From: Lentimicrobium sp. | GTDB taxonomy: Bacteria; Bacteroidota; Bacteroidia; Bacteroidales; Lentimicrobiaceae | Length of the DNA stretch: 64,000 nucleotides | Direction: 5' to 3' | Assembly: GCA_034007585.1 (NCBI GenBank) | Contig: JAVEQP010000001.1 | Span: 5,031-69,030, forward strand | In this document: positions 46,440-56,346 of the stretch, piece after piece | How positions within the stretch are numbered: the stretch's first letter is position 1 | How the letters are laid out: every line of letters starts with the position of its first letter | The notes under the pieces: model-generated | What the model was told of the DNA's origin: nothing | What the model saw: only the letters and a program-made list of their open reading frames with translations | The model's database searches: none | Made by a program: the position numbers and the translations under genes

Positions 46440-47060
46440 TTATTTCCACAAATGGACAACCGCCTTACTTTCAAAAAATGCTTCCTGAAACCATGCACTT
46501 AGCAGATAGGTATTGTATTGATAATCAGTTGATTTTAGCTCTTCATCAAAGTCGCCGCCTTTCAGGTAAACTATCCCATGATTAAATCCCTGCTGACCTC
46601 CCGGTTTAATATTTTTTGCTGTGAGTTTTATAAATTCCGGCATAGCGGTAACTGCGCGGCTAACGATAAAGTCATATTTCCCGGTTACCTGTTCAATCCG
46701 GGCATGTTCGGCAGTAACGTTGTTTAACCCAAGTGCCTGCGCTATCTGATTCACCACCCTGATTTTTTTCCCGGTAGCATCTACCAGATGAAAATTTACG
46801 TCCGGAAAAAGTATTGCCAGCGGGATTCCGGGAAACCCGCCTCCGGTGCCTACATCCAAAACACGAGTGCCAGGTGCAAAATCAATTACTTTTGCTATGC
46901 CCATTGAATGCAACACATGCCGCTCATACAGATGGTCAATGTCCTTGCGGGAAATTACATTAATGGCTTCGTTCCACGTCCGGTAGAGTGTGTCTAACTT
47001 TTCGAGGGCATCAAGCTGTATGTTCGTCAGTGATGGAAAGTAGCGTTTAATCAGTTCCAT
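46440..47060 (-). CDS. rsmG: 16S rRNA m7G527 methyltransferase
   Basis: HVLHS, LDVGTGGGFPGIPLAI, VSRA and LKGG motifs. Confidence 0.95.
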   Translation of the reverse strand: MELIKRYFPSLTNIQLDALEKLDTLYRTWNEAINVISRKDIDHLYERHVLHSMGIAKVIDFAPGTRVLDVGTGGGFPGIPLAILFPDVNFHLVDATGKKIRVVNQIAQALGLNNVTAEHARIEQVTGKYDFIVSRAVTAMPEFIKLTAKNIKPGGQQGFNHGIVYLKGGDFDEELKSTDYQYNTYLLSAWFQEAFFESKAVVHLWK

Positions 47061-48441
47061 TGTTTTTCATTTTATAGGGCAATGTAATGCTTACTGTGGT
47101 GCCTTCATTCAACTGTGAATTGATTTCCATTATTCCCTCATGAAGTTTCACAATCTTTGCTATAAGCGAGAGTCCAATGCCATGACCGTGCATATGAACT
47201 GCATTACTTGCCCGGTAAAACGGTTCTCTGATGAGTTGTAATTCCTCCGGTGATATCCCTATGCCCTTGTCTTCAACCATAATATGAACGCTGTCGGATT
47301 TGAAGATAAGTGATACCTTAACAGGCCTGCCCGATGAAAATTTCATCGCATTGTCAATCAGATTGATGAAAATCAGCTTCAACAGGTTTTCGTTGCCATA
47401 GAGCGAAAGTTCCTGATCTTCATTTTCCGTTTCATCCAAAATAACGGTGTCAACCAGATTTTCGGGATGCAATACCTGAAATTCCGATTGAGTCTGCAGC
47501 AGCAATTCATCCAGTCTTACCGGTTTTATACTCAGTGATCTGATGTCTTGCTCTGAACGTGCAATTTCCAGCAAATTATTGGCCAGCGAAGTCAACCCGC
47601 GTGCATCATCCAGCAAGGAGTTAAGTACGGTTTCATATTCCCCGGGTTCTCTTTTCTTCATCAATGCCACTTCAATTTGACTGTTAATGGCTGCCAGCGG
47701 CGTGCGCAATTCATGGGAAGCATTGGAAACAAAGCTTTTTTGTATCATAAACGCTTTTTCCAGCCGGTCAAGCATCAGGTTAAAGGTGGTGGCCAGTTGT
47801 GAAATTTCGTCATTGCCGTTACCCGCGTTTAACCGCTGATTAAGATTAGATGCGGTAATGGTGGAAACCTGACTCACCACATTGCTAATGGGTGTAAGTG
47901 CTTCTTTGGCAAAAACCATACCTATAACAATGGAAGAGACCATAGCTACCACAAGACCTATCATCAATACCAGCAATAAGTTATTAATCCTGGTTTTGCC
48001 ATAAATGTCAGTTGCAGAAGCAATTACAATAAATCGTCTGAGCCCGTTTGTATAGAGTAATCCCACTGCCTCTCGCTCCCCCTGGCTGAATATGTATTGA
48101 CCCCGGTTCATAATTTTGGTAATCAGGGCCTCGTCAATGTGAAGGTTTGAAGGTCCGCCGGAAACATAAATGCGGCTCCGCTTAAAGTAATCGAACACCA
48201 CCACTTCCGCATCGCCCAGTGAGCTATAATTGGAACTGTCAATGATGCGCATCAGGTTGTTGTTGATCTCCTTAACATCAATGAGTAACATGGCGGTATT
48301 GATGGCTTTTTCACTCAGGCGGTTGGTAAACTCCTGCTTTCGGTGATTGGCCGAAAACAAAAATACAGCTACCGAAAACACCACCAGGATGGCGCCGGTA
48401 AGCATGGCAAACTGCAGACTGAGTTTAGTTCTGATTTGCAT
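47047..48441 (-). CDS. HAMP-domain sensor histidine kinase
   Basis: Two TMs, HAMP domain, FVSNASHELRTPL, NLIDNAMKFS, DKGIGI and GIGLSL. Confidence 0.93.
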   Translation of the reverse strand: MQIRTKLSLQFAMLTGAILVVFSVAVFLFSANHRKQEFTNRLSEKAINTAMLLIDVKEINNNLMRIIDSSNYSSLGDAEVVVFDYFKRSRIYVSGGPSNLHIDEALITKIMNRGQYIFSQGEREAVGLLYTNGLRRFIVIASATDIYGKTRINNLLLVLMIGLVVAMVSSIVIGMVFAKEALTPISNVVSQVSTITASNLNQRLNAGNGNDEISQLATTFNLMLDRLEKAFMIQKSFVSNASHELRTPLAAINSQIEVALMKKREPGEYETVLNSLLDDARGLTSLANNLLEIARSEQDIRSLSIKPVRLDELLLQTQSEFQVLHPENLVDTVILDETENEDQELSLYGNENLLKLIFINLIDNAMKFSSGRPVKVSLIFKSDSVHIMVEDKGIGISPEELQLIREPFYRASNAVHMHGHGIGLSLIAKIVKLHEGIMEINSQLNEGTTVSITLPYKMKNNGTD

Positions 48442-49129
48442 CGTCGTCGGCTTTTAATATGTATCCCATGCCGATGTGGGTGTGTATGAGTTTTACCGGA
48501 TAGTTCTTGTCAATCTTTTTTCTCAGAAAGTTAACATATACTTCAATTACGTTGGTACCGGTATCAAAAGTAATGTTCCAGATGTTTTCGGCAATATCAG
48601 CTTTTGAAACTACCTTTCCCTTATTTCGCACCAAAAATTCGAGCAACAGGAATTCCTTGGCCGTAAGATCAATTGAAATGTTACCGCGCTTTACTGTTTT
48701 ACTGTCCAGATCTATTTCCAGATCAGCTACCCGAAGTACCCGCTGGCTTTTCGGATCAGGTTGAACTCGTTTTAGCAATGCTTTTATGCGTGCAAGCAAT
48801 TCTCTGAACTCAAAAGGCTTAACAATGTAGTCATCTGCACCCTGATCAAAACCCAGCAGCTTATCCTCGGTACTTCCCATGGCGGTAAGCATGATAATGG
48901 GCACCGAAGCGTTTTTCTTGCGGATATGCGCACAAAGCTCATAACCATTAATTTGTGGGAGGTTTATGTCGAGAATGATCACATCATAATCTTTGGCATC
49001 ACTCAGGCGTTTTCCAATGAAACCATCGTAAGCCACTTCAGTAGTAAATCCATTTTCTTCGAGGCCTTTGCTTATAGAGTCGGCCATTTTAACATGATCT
49101 TCAACGATGAGTATTGCTGGTTCGGCCAT
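48425..49129 (-). CDS. OmpR/CusR-type response regulator
   Basis: REC domain plus winged helix (LTAKEF.LL...TNVIEVYVNFLRKKID). Confidence 0.93.
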   Translation of the reverse strand: MAEPAILIVEDHVKMADSISKGLEENGFTTEVAYDGFIGKRLSDAKDYDVIILDINLPQINGYELCAHIRKKNASVPIIMLTAMGSTEDKLLGFDQGADDYIVKPFEFRELLARIKALLKRVQPDPKSQRVLRVADLEIDLDSKTVKRGNISIDLTAKEFLLLEFLVRNKGKVVSKADIAENIWNITFDTGTNVIEVYVNFLRKKIDKNYPVKLIHTHIGMGYILKADDDANQN

Positions 49130-49362
49130 TTTTATCGGGAGTTTTATTGTAGAATAATCGCACTAAGTTACACTATTTTGAAAGAATCTCAGCCCGGTTG
49201 TCTCTTTTTATGTCTTGTGCCTATTGATTGGCTGAATTAATTTGACAAAATTAATAACATTCCTGCAGTAGTATCGTTTAAAATCTGATTGTAGCCTTGT
49301 TTCACAGAACGAATAAGGATATTTTGTATTTTTGACCATTATTTTTGAATGATGCTCTGCAT

Positions 49363-50346
49363 ATGCGAAAGATAGTTTCCCTCACATTTTTTTTGATGAT
49401 TGCCTTTGTGTTCACCGGAAATACACAAAATGCTCCATCCAACATTAGTTATACTGAATACATTGAATTATACCGCGATATTGCGGTGAGAAAGATGAAA
49501 GAATATGGCATACCGGCCAGCATAACTCTTGCGCAGGGATTGCTGGAGTCAGGGAGTGGTAATTCTAACCTTGCCCGGAATGCCAATAACCATTTTGGCA
49601 TAAAGTGTCACAAAGAATGGACAGGAGATACTTATATTCAAGACGATGATGCCAAAGATGAATGTTTTCGCAAATATAAATCTGCGGAGGAGTCATTTAA
49701 TGATCATTCCTATTTTCTCACCTCCCGACCGCGCTATGCCGACCTGTTTAATCTGGAAGTTAAAGATTATAAAGGCTGGGCCTACGGATTAAAGAAAGCG
49801 GGTTATGCCACCAATCCGCGGTATGCGGAAATGCTCATCAAGATTATTGAAGAAAATGAGTTATTCCTGTATGATTCAGGAGTAAAAAGGCCATTGGCCA
49901 AACACGAACCGGCTCCAAAACCAGCAAGGAAAAAATCTGATCAAACCATGCCTACTGCCGGTTTAAAGCTACTCGCCAATAATCTTAAATATGAAGAAGT
50001 GGCTCCGGGAAACCGGGCCATTTACAGTAATAATAATATAAGGCTGACTTTTGCCCGTCAGAATGATGATATTGAAAGGATTGCTGAGGACCTTGGAATT
50101 CATACTTTTCAACTGATTAAATATAACGATCTTAAAAAACATGAGCGCATTGAGGAAGGGCAGGCCATTTATGTGGAACCAAAAAAGCGCAAAACCAGCC
50201 AAAGTAGTCACCAGGTAAGCCAGGGCGAAACCATGCGTGATATCTCACAATATTATGGCGTTAAATTAAAGCTACTTTATAAATGGAATCAATTGTCTTC
50301 AGAAAATGAACCTATGGCCGGGGACAATATTAAATTGAAAAAATAA
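49363..50346 (+). CDS. GH73 glucosaminidase with LysM domains
   Basis: IPASITLAQGLLESG, NNHFGIKC, GYATNP.YA and a C-terminal LysM. Confidence 0.92.
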   Translation: MRKIVSLTFFLMIAFVFTGNTQNAPSNISYTEYIELYRDIAVRKMKEYGIPASITLAQGLLESGSGNSNLARNANNHFGIKCHKEWTGDTYIQDDDAKDECFRKYKSAEESFNDHSYFLTSRPRYADLFNLEVKDYKGWAYGLKKAGYATNPRYAEMLIKIIEENELFLYDSGVKRPLAKHEPAPKPARKKSDQTMPTAGLKLLANNLKYEEVAPGNRAIYSNNNIRLTFARQNDDIERIAEDLGIHTFQLIKYNDLKKHERIEEGQAIYVEPKKRKTSQSSHQVSQGETMRDISQYYGVKLKLLYKWNQLSSENEPMAGDNIKLKK

Positions 50347-50471
50347 TGACAATAAAATGCTGATAATCAATTGAAAAGAAAATATCTTGTTTTTTTTTAT
50401 AAAAGAGGGTTACTTTTTCAAATTTTAGTGATAAACACTTGACAACAAATTTTCAAAATCAGTTTTACAAT

Positions 50472-50590
50472 GATCCTGGCATGTCTGCGTAAAACATCCC
50501 TGATTTAGAATGGTGGTGTCATGGTTAAATAATATTTGGTTAATAATTTGGTTGAAAAACGCTGTCTCCCGATGGCGTTTTTCTATTTTT
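50472..50590 (+). ncRNA. Candidate sRNA, copy 1 of a tandem pair
   Basis: 112 nt with 4 mismatches to copy 2; 5' hairpin, three GGTT boxes, and terminator AAAAACGCTGTC-TCCC-GATGGCGTTTTT. Confidence 0.65.
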
Positions 50591-50813
50591 AGGCGGTTTG
50601 AAAGGGCTAATAGATGCTTAAAAGTTTAATAATAAAAAATTTTATTGCTTTTTTTGTTCTTTGTTTTAGATCTAATCGCCTAATGTACAGAAGGTAAGGT
50701 TAAATATTTTAGATTTTTACCGATTAATCTATTTTTTTTTCAAAAAAAGGAGTTACTTTTTTGTTTTTTAGTGATAAACCTTTGACAACAAATTTTAAAA
50801 TCGGTTTTGCGGA

Positions 50814-50930
50814 GATCCTGGCATGTCTGCGTCGAACATCCCTGATTTAGAATGGTGGTGTCATGGTTAAATAATATTTGGTTAATAATTTGGTTGAAAA
50901 ACGCTGTCTGACGATGGCGTTTTTCATTTT
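50814..50930 (+). ncRNA. Candidate sRNA, copy 2 of a tandem pair
   Basis: 342 nt downstream of copy 1; terminator loop is TGAC. Confidence 0.65.
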
Positions 50931-51039
50931 ATTTTGGCGGACAAGCTTGTTAATACAAAGTATCTTATTTCTCTATGCCGGTGAATTCGGAGGAAACAAA
51001 GTTATGAGCAGCGATTTGTCTATTCCGTTAAATAAAAGA

Positions 51040-53736
51040 CTATTTCAGTGTAGTAAATACCGGTTTGTTATTTAAGGAGGTTACCATAACAATCTGCCGG
51101 CTTCCGCCTGGATTGAAAATAATGGGGTCAGTATCGCTTCGAAGCTTTTTCAATGGGATCTGTTCGCCCTTACTGTTCATCAGATAAACCAGACCCGACC
51201 GGGTATCGCGCACTGCAATCCATCCTTTGCCCAGGGAGGAGGCATACATAAAGGGCTTACCCAGATTGCTTCCCTTTAATTTGAGTTCTACAATACTCTT
51301 TTTCATACGGGTGTAAACTCCAAGCTTTTCCTTGCCGGCAAACATGAAATCTATGCTTCCATCTCCATCAAAGTCCGCATATTCAAAGTAAGGATGATCT
51401 CCGAAATGCCCGAAAGAGCTAAAGGAAATTACACCGTTATCCGTGATGTATGCAAGTCTGCCATCGTCGGTTGCTGTCAGAAATATGCCTTTCGCATTGG
51501 TACGGTTCTCAAATATTCCGGCATGTGCCGACTTTTTGAATCCCTTGTAGATCCTTATTCTTTCCCGGCCGCGTCGGTCTGTAATCAGCAAATTACCATT
51601 TGACGAGCTAAAAAACAGGTAATCTTTGCCGGCATTTCGGATAAACTTCGGTGCCATTGACAGTGCATCCGTTTGCGGATTTTGCCAGTCGGGCAATGCT
51701 TTTCCATCTGTAGTAATGTTGTGTATCTTCTTTTCAGGGCTTTGATAGATAATGCGATAGTCTTTTCGCCGATCATAATCAAAGAAACCTGATGCACTGC
51801 CCACTCCGGCCGGCAGTTTTATTTTCTTTAGCAGGGTTCCTTTCGACGATAGTTGATAAAGGTGATTTTGTCCAATCACAATATAACGCGGTTGATGGCG
51901 CTGTGTATATCCGGTAGTGAAGAGTTGACCGGTAAGGGGCTCAGGCGATTGCCATTCAAAAATTTTATTACCCTTATAGTCGTTGATACTCAGCGAATTT
52001 TTACCAAAAAAGACAACCTGGCTTTCTCCGGCCTTTTCACCCCCGATAATAAGGGGTGTAAAGAAAATAGCTGTTTCCGAGCCAATGGTCGCCGTAGGTG
52101 CAGTACTTACCGACTGATCTGGAATGGAATCTGTAGTTCCATCTTCATTTTTAAGCGCAAGTGATTTTTTGGGCGCTTCAAAATAAAGAGTGCCGCTGCT
52201 GTACATAAATGGTTCACCGGCACTTACCTTAAACGAAAGCATCTGGCATCGTTGTAGCCAGGTTATCCAACCATCCGGTTTGCCATTCTTATCTAAAGGG
52301 GTATGCATTGCAAAGAAATTAGCTTTTTCCTGAGCGTTGTTTAGCAGTCCGGCTATTGAGGCTGCCTGATCCCGGACTCCGGGTGAATTTAAGGTCTTAT
52401 CATAATTTTTTAGTGCAGACAAAGAGGAGGAGAATGCGAGTACAGGTGGCCGGTTCAGGCAATAAACGGGAACTTTTGTGTCAAACAGATTTCCAAATAG
52501 TTTTTTAAAAAGCTTTTGGTCTGTAACTTTTGCTATCCCGGGTTCTATCGGCTCCAGAAAACGGTTAAGCGCTGAGGCTGTGCTATCCATTTGCTTATTT
52601 TCAATCACGATAATTTCCTGCTTATTTTTATCGCTTAGTTTGAAAGAATAATTTCCCAGCCAGGATTCCAAATGCTCCCTAAGTCTGAAAATCTCTTTCG
52701 TACCTGAATTGTTTACCAAATCGTAACCAGTAGTATGAATGGTATCACTGCCAATCATTGTTTCCATTGATTTTGACGGATTGCCAAGCAAAAATCCATA
52801 GATGGAGGTAATATTTTCCGGAATTCCCATTATCTGCAAAGGCATAGGGACTTCCTGAGAAAATAGCGCTATGGGATGTGATGTGCCGGTAAATCCATTG
52901 AGCAGCAGTTTGTCCTTTCTTATGGTGAGGTCAAGGGTGGTCCAGCCTTTCTTAAACAGAGCGGCCGGTGTTTCGGCAGGTCCTTTCCCTAAAAGCAGGC
53001 CAATCAGCTCAGGCGAACGGATAATCAGTGATGCATCCACCTTTTTACCGGAAGTCCGGGCAAGGGCCATAAAGAGTTCATCATGAAGTAGATTGGACTT
53101 CGTTTTCATGGCTCCAAGCGACGAGCGTAACAGTGCTTCATCCGGGCTTAAGCAAAGTAAACCCTTATAAATAAAGTAATGTACACATTTTCCTCTCCGG
53201 CAAAATGTGTAAAAGTCGGCAACGGAGTGATTTACTTTCGAAAAGTCATAGCCCCGGTTTTCAGCCCAGGCTTTACAATGGCGGTTGAACTTATCCGGAC
53301 TTTGTTTGCCAATGCTGAACGCCAGCAGCCACTGTTGATTCCCTGCACTATCGGGCACGAAACCTGTCATAAAGGGTTTGCTTTCCAACAGATTTCTAAA
53401 TAGTTCATCTTCAGCACCTAATGAGTCGGCTATGGCGGTAGTCTGCTCAAACCCTGACTTACTTTCAGGATCGGATAAAACTTCGCTTAATCCCGAAGCA
53501 CGGGTGGTGGCTATAAAATCAGCAGCATTGGTGGCACCGATTACCATTTGGGTGTTGCCGGGGAAAGCTTCAGGCAGTTGAGCTACCGGGGATTTTATAA
53601 ACAGGTAATAACCTCTGATCTGAACAAATACGAACACTACTAAAATTAATGCAGCGAGGTAAAGCAGGTATTGAATTTTTTTATTCATGGGAGATGTCAT
53701 CATAGATGCCCAAATGTACTTCAAAATGGAGTTCAT
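51040..53736 (-). CDS. Large membrane-anchored protein (DUF3352-like N-terminal part, beta-propeller-like C-terminus)
   Basis: N-terminal TM; C-terminal DFDGDGSIDF-type blade motifs. The real start is probably a few codons downstream. Confidence 0.65.
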   Translation of the reverse strand: MNSILKYIWASMMTSPMNKKIQYLLYLAALILVVFVFVQIRGYYLFIKSPVAQLPEAFPGNTQMVIGATNAADFIATTRASGLSEVLSDPESKSGFEQTTAIADSLGAEDELFRNLLESKPFMTGFVPDSAGNQQWLLAFSIGKQSPDKFNRHCKAWAENRGYDFSKVNHSVADFYTFCRRGKCVHYFIYKGLLCLSPDEALLRSSLGAMKTKSNLLHDELFMALARTSGKKVDASLIIRSPELIGLLLGKGPAETPAALFKKGWTTLDLTIRKDKLLLNGFTGTSHPIALFSQEVPMPLQIMGIPENITSIYGFLLGNPSKSMETMIGSDTIHTTGYDLVNNSGTKEIFRLREHLESWLGNYSFKLSDKNKQEIIVIENKQMDSTASALNRFLEPIEPGIAKVTDQKLFKKLFGNLFDTKVPVYCLNRPPVLAFSSSLSALKNYDKTLNSPGVRDQAASIAGLLNNAQEKANFFAMHTPLDKNGKPDGWITWLQRCQMLSFKVSAGEPFMYSSGTLYFEAPKKSLALKNEDGTTDSIPDQSVSTAPTATIGSETAIFFTPLIIGGEKAGESQVVFFGKNSLSINDYKGNKIFEWQSPEPLTGQLFTTGYTQRHQPRYIVIGQNHLYQLSSKGTLLKKIKLPAGVGSASGFFDYDRRKDYRIIYQSPEKKIHNITTDGKALPDWQNPQTDALSMAPKFIRNAGKDYLFFSSSNGNLLITDRRGRERIRIYKGFKKSAHAGIFENRTNAKGIFLTATDDGRLAYITDNGVISFSSFGHFGDHPYFEYADFDGDGSIDFMFAGKEKLGVYTRMKKSIVELKLKGSNLGKPFMYASSLGKGWIAVRDTRSGLVYLMNSKGEQIPLKKLRSDTDPIIFNPGGSRQIVMVTSLNNKPVFTTLK

Positions 53737-53843
53737 AATTTAGCCGCGATGAGTAACTAATCAACAATGCATTGTTTATAACATTTCGGATTTTTTATGT
53801 AGATGAAAAAAAATGCTTAGCTTTGAATGATAATTCTTTTTCA

Positions 53844-54743
53844 ATGATTTCTGCACATTCTTTAACCTCACTTCTTGAAGTGTTGCTGGTGGCTGCACTT
53901 TTAAGCCTTTTTACGGGTGCTTCAGCGCAAATGTATGATTATAGTATAAAGGAAGACTGCCTTTCGCGAAGTGGTTTCGAATATGGCGCCGTAGCCGGAT
54001 TTTATCTGCCCGGAAAAGGCTCGGCCCATTTTTATTCAGGTAAACCTGGAGAGGAGAATAATGTGGAATATATATTTAAAAACAAAACTTGGTATGAAGA
54101 AATATATCGCAATCTCGATGCACATTATAAGGTCTATATCAAGGGTTATCCTGATAATATAAAATACACACCAGCCTTTGAATTTGGCATGTTTTTTAGT
54201 TATAATTTTAATTGTCGCACTAGTTTGTATTTTCAGTTTTCCTATGTAAGACTTCTAGTCAAAGACATTATTACATTACAGGTGGACTCAATTACTTATC
54301 TTGCCGAGCCCGACATTCGGCTTTTTGGCATCAGGGGAGAGGAAGAGCGTAACATATTAGATGTGGCTGTGAATCATTATTTTGGCAATAGTCCTGTAAT
54401 CAGGCCTATGATCGGTCTGGGCATCAATATGAACAATACGCTGGTTAAGAAGCATGTTTTGCGTATTGCCGACAAAGATTATAATCTGGTAAACGTGTAT
54501 GGAAACCGGCCTTACATTCCCGGAGGCACACAGCAGGGATACGATATCCGGCAGGGAGGTATCGGTTTTGGAGTATTTGCTACGGTGGGTGCCCGCCTCG
54601 AATTCAGCAAATTGGTAGCGATTGAACCCGGGTTTACCTTTTATTATAAGCAGATAAATCTTGAATCAGCCAAAGGGTTTTATCCCCAGTACAATCTGTT
54701 TGTTCGCCTGTGTTTTCGCGATCTGATTTCTTTCAACGATTAG
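53844..54743 (+). CDS. Putative outer-membrane beta-barrel protein
   Basis: Signal peptide ending ASA-Q, followed by alternating aromatic beta-strands. Confidence 0.6.
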   Translation: MISAHSLTSLLEVLLVAALLSLFTGASAQMYDYSIKEDCLSRSGFEYGAVAGFYLPGKGSAHFYSGKPGEENNVEYIFKNKTWYEEIYRNLDAHYKVYIKGYPDNIKYTPAFEFGMFFSYNFNCRTSLYFQFSYVRLLVKDIITLQVDSITYLAEPDIRLFGIRGEEERNILDVAVNHYFGNSPVIRPMIGLGINMNNTLVKKHVLRIADKDYNLVNVYGNRPYIPGGTQQGYDIRQGGIGFGVFATVGARLEFSKLVAIEPGFTFYYKQINLESAKGFYPQYNLFVRLCFRDLISFND

Positions 54744-54751
54744 AGCTGGCT

Positions 54752-55357
54752 TCAGCGGATTCCGGGTATAGTTAACTGATGGTGATTGAATGATAACCGA
54801 TGCCAGGGCGTGAGGCCGTTATTCATAATAGCCGATCGATGTTCCCGCGTAGGATAACCCATGTTGTGTGCCCATCCATAACCGGGAAATTCTGCATCGA
54901 GTTGCTGCATAAATTCATCCCGGTGGGTTTTGGCCAATATGGAGGCCGCGGCAATGGATAGGTAAAGGCCGTCACCACCAACCACACATTGATGAGGGAT
55001 ACCGGGGTATTCAATAAAATAATTGCCGTCAATCAATAGCAGTGCCGGAGGAATGGATAATTCATTTACTGCCAGATGCATGGATCGTATGCTGGCTTGC
55101 AGGATATTGATCTGGTCAATTTCAGCAGGTGAAACCGAAGCTACTTTCCAGCAAATGGCGTATTTTTCAATGTCAATTCTTAACCTGTTACGCTGGCGTA
55201 CAGAGAGTTTCTTGGAATCGTTCAGTTCGCTGTTGCGATACTTAGCGGGCAAAATAACGGCAGCCGCATACACGGGACCGGCCAGACAGCCCCTTCCGGC
55301 TTCATCACAACCGGCTTCCATGATTTTTCCCGACTTTGAAAATCTTAATTTTAACAT
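54752..55357 (-). CDS. rnhB: Ribonuclease HII
   Basis: AGCDEAGRG, LNDSKKL, IDGN, SIAAASILAKT.RD and GYPT..H motifs. Confidence 0.95.
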   Translation of the reverse strand: MLKLRFSKSGKIMEAGCDEAGRGCLAGPVYAAAVILPAKYRNSELNDSKKLSVRQRNRLRIDIEKYAICWKVASVSPAEIDQINILQASIRSMHLAVNELSIPPALLLIDGNYFIEYPGIPHQCVVGGDGLYLSIAAASILAKTHRDEFMQQLDAEFPGYGWAHNMGYPTREHRSAIMNNGLTPWHRLSFNHHQLTIPGIR

Positions 55358-55358
55358 A

Positions 55359-56345
55359 TCAGGCAAAAATTCTTCCCAGGGCAGCAAGGATCAGGAATAG
55401 GCCAAAAGCAATTTCATAAATAAGCATTCTTGCTTTGAGTTGATAAATTACAAAAACAAACATCATAGAAAGTGACACATACACCAACGGCAGAAGCATG
55501 GGCGATTTGTAACTCAGCAGAATAAGCGATGCAATACCTGCCCATTGAAATTGAGTAACCAGCCACATTCGTTTGCGAACTGCAATCAACTTATCGCCTA
55601 TGCCCGAAAGTACCCTGAAAAATACCATCAGCCACAGTAATATCAACGAAACTATTGTGATCATGTTCAACATACTTACCGGGCGGAACAACAGGGTATA
55701 ATTTTGAATGTAGAGCACATATCTATCCCAAAAAAGCCAGAGCTGGTCAGTAAAAAAGAGATAAACTCCAAGGTAGAAATAGGGTACCAGTATGCCCGCT
55801 ATGGAAATTATCCATTCTCGCCAGGCGGTGATGCGTAGGGTGAAAAATCCCAGCCATACGAAAAGTAAAAGAAAAAGTATGGTTTCAGGAATAAAAAATG
55901 AAGCCACTCCAATGCTAATGGTCGCGGTCATCACATCGCTGTATGGATGTGATTTCATATACATATTCATTAAGCTGTTCAGCGAAATCAACAGTAGCAG
56001 GGTTACTAAAAGACCATAAAACAGAAAACTGCTTGCCGGTGTAAACCACGAAAGGAGGATAAAGACCAGGGCTCCCAAGAAAGATTGGTTGGGAATAAGG
56101 TCACGCTTAACCAATATAATATTGATAAACAGCGCGATAAGCAGCAATAAGCCCGCATTTAAAAATTGCAGGGTTTCCGGCTGGGATGGAAGTAATGAGG
56201 GCGGTAAAATTGCCGGCCAGACATCCGCTGAATTTAACAGAATAACTCCAAAAGATCCAGTGGGGGTAAAAGCCACAAAAACAGCTCCTGCTATGGCTAA
56301 CAGCAGATGAAGTGCGAAGTCGGCTTTTGACAATCTGCGCAACAT
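55359..56345 (-). CDS. Multi-TM membrane protein (DUF6427-like)
   Basis: About 9-10 TM helices; located between purD and rnhB. Confidence 0.65.
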   Translation of the reverse strand: MLRRLSKADFALHLLLAIAGAVFVAFTPTGSFGVILLNSADVWPAILPPSLLPSQPETLQFLNAGLLLLIALFINIILVKRDLIPNQSFLGALVFILLSWFTPASSFLFYGLLVTLLLLISLNSLMNMYMKSHPYSDVMTATISIGVASFFIPETILFLLLFVWLGFFTLRITAWREWIISIAGILVPYFYLGVYLFFTDQLWLFWDRYVLYIQNYTLLFRPVSMLNMITIVSLILLWLMVFFRVLSGIGDKLIAVRKRMWLVTQFQWAGIASLILLSYKSPMLLPLVYVSLSMMFVFVIYQLKARMLIYEIAFGLFLILAALGRIFA

Positions 56346-56346
56346 T

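Noticed and set aside
50439-50471. TTGACA...TACAAT as an E. coli sigma70 promoter
   Set aside because: The spacer is 21 nt, TACAAT is not kept in copy 2, and Bacteroidota primary sigma uses a different consensus.
50405-50930. Tandem repeat as a CRISPR array or IS ends
   Set aside because: Two ~185-bp units, no short repeat-spacer periodicity, no cas or transposase genes, and no terminal inverted repeats.
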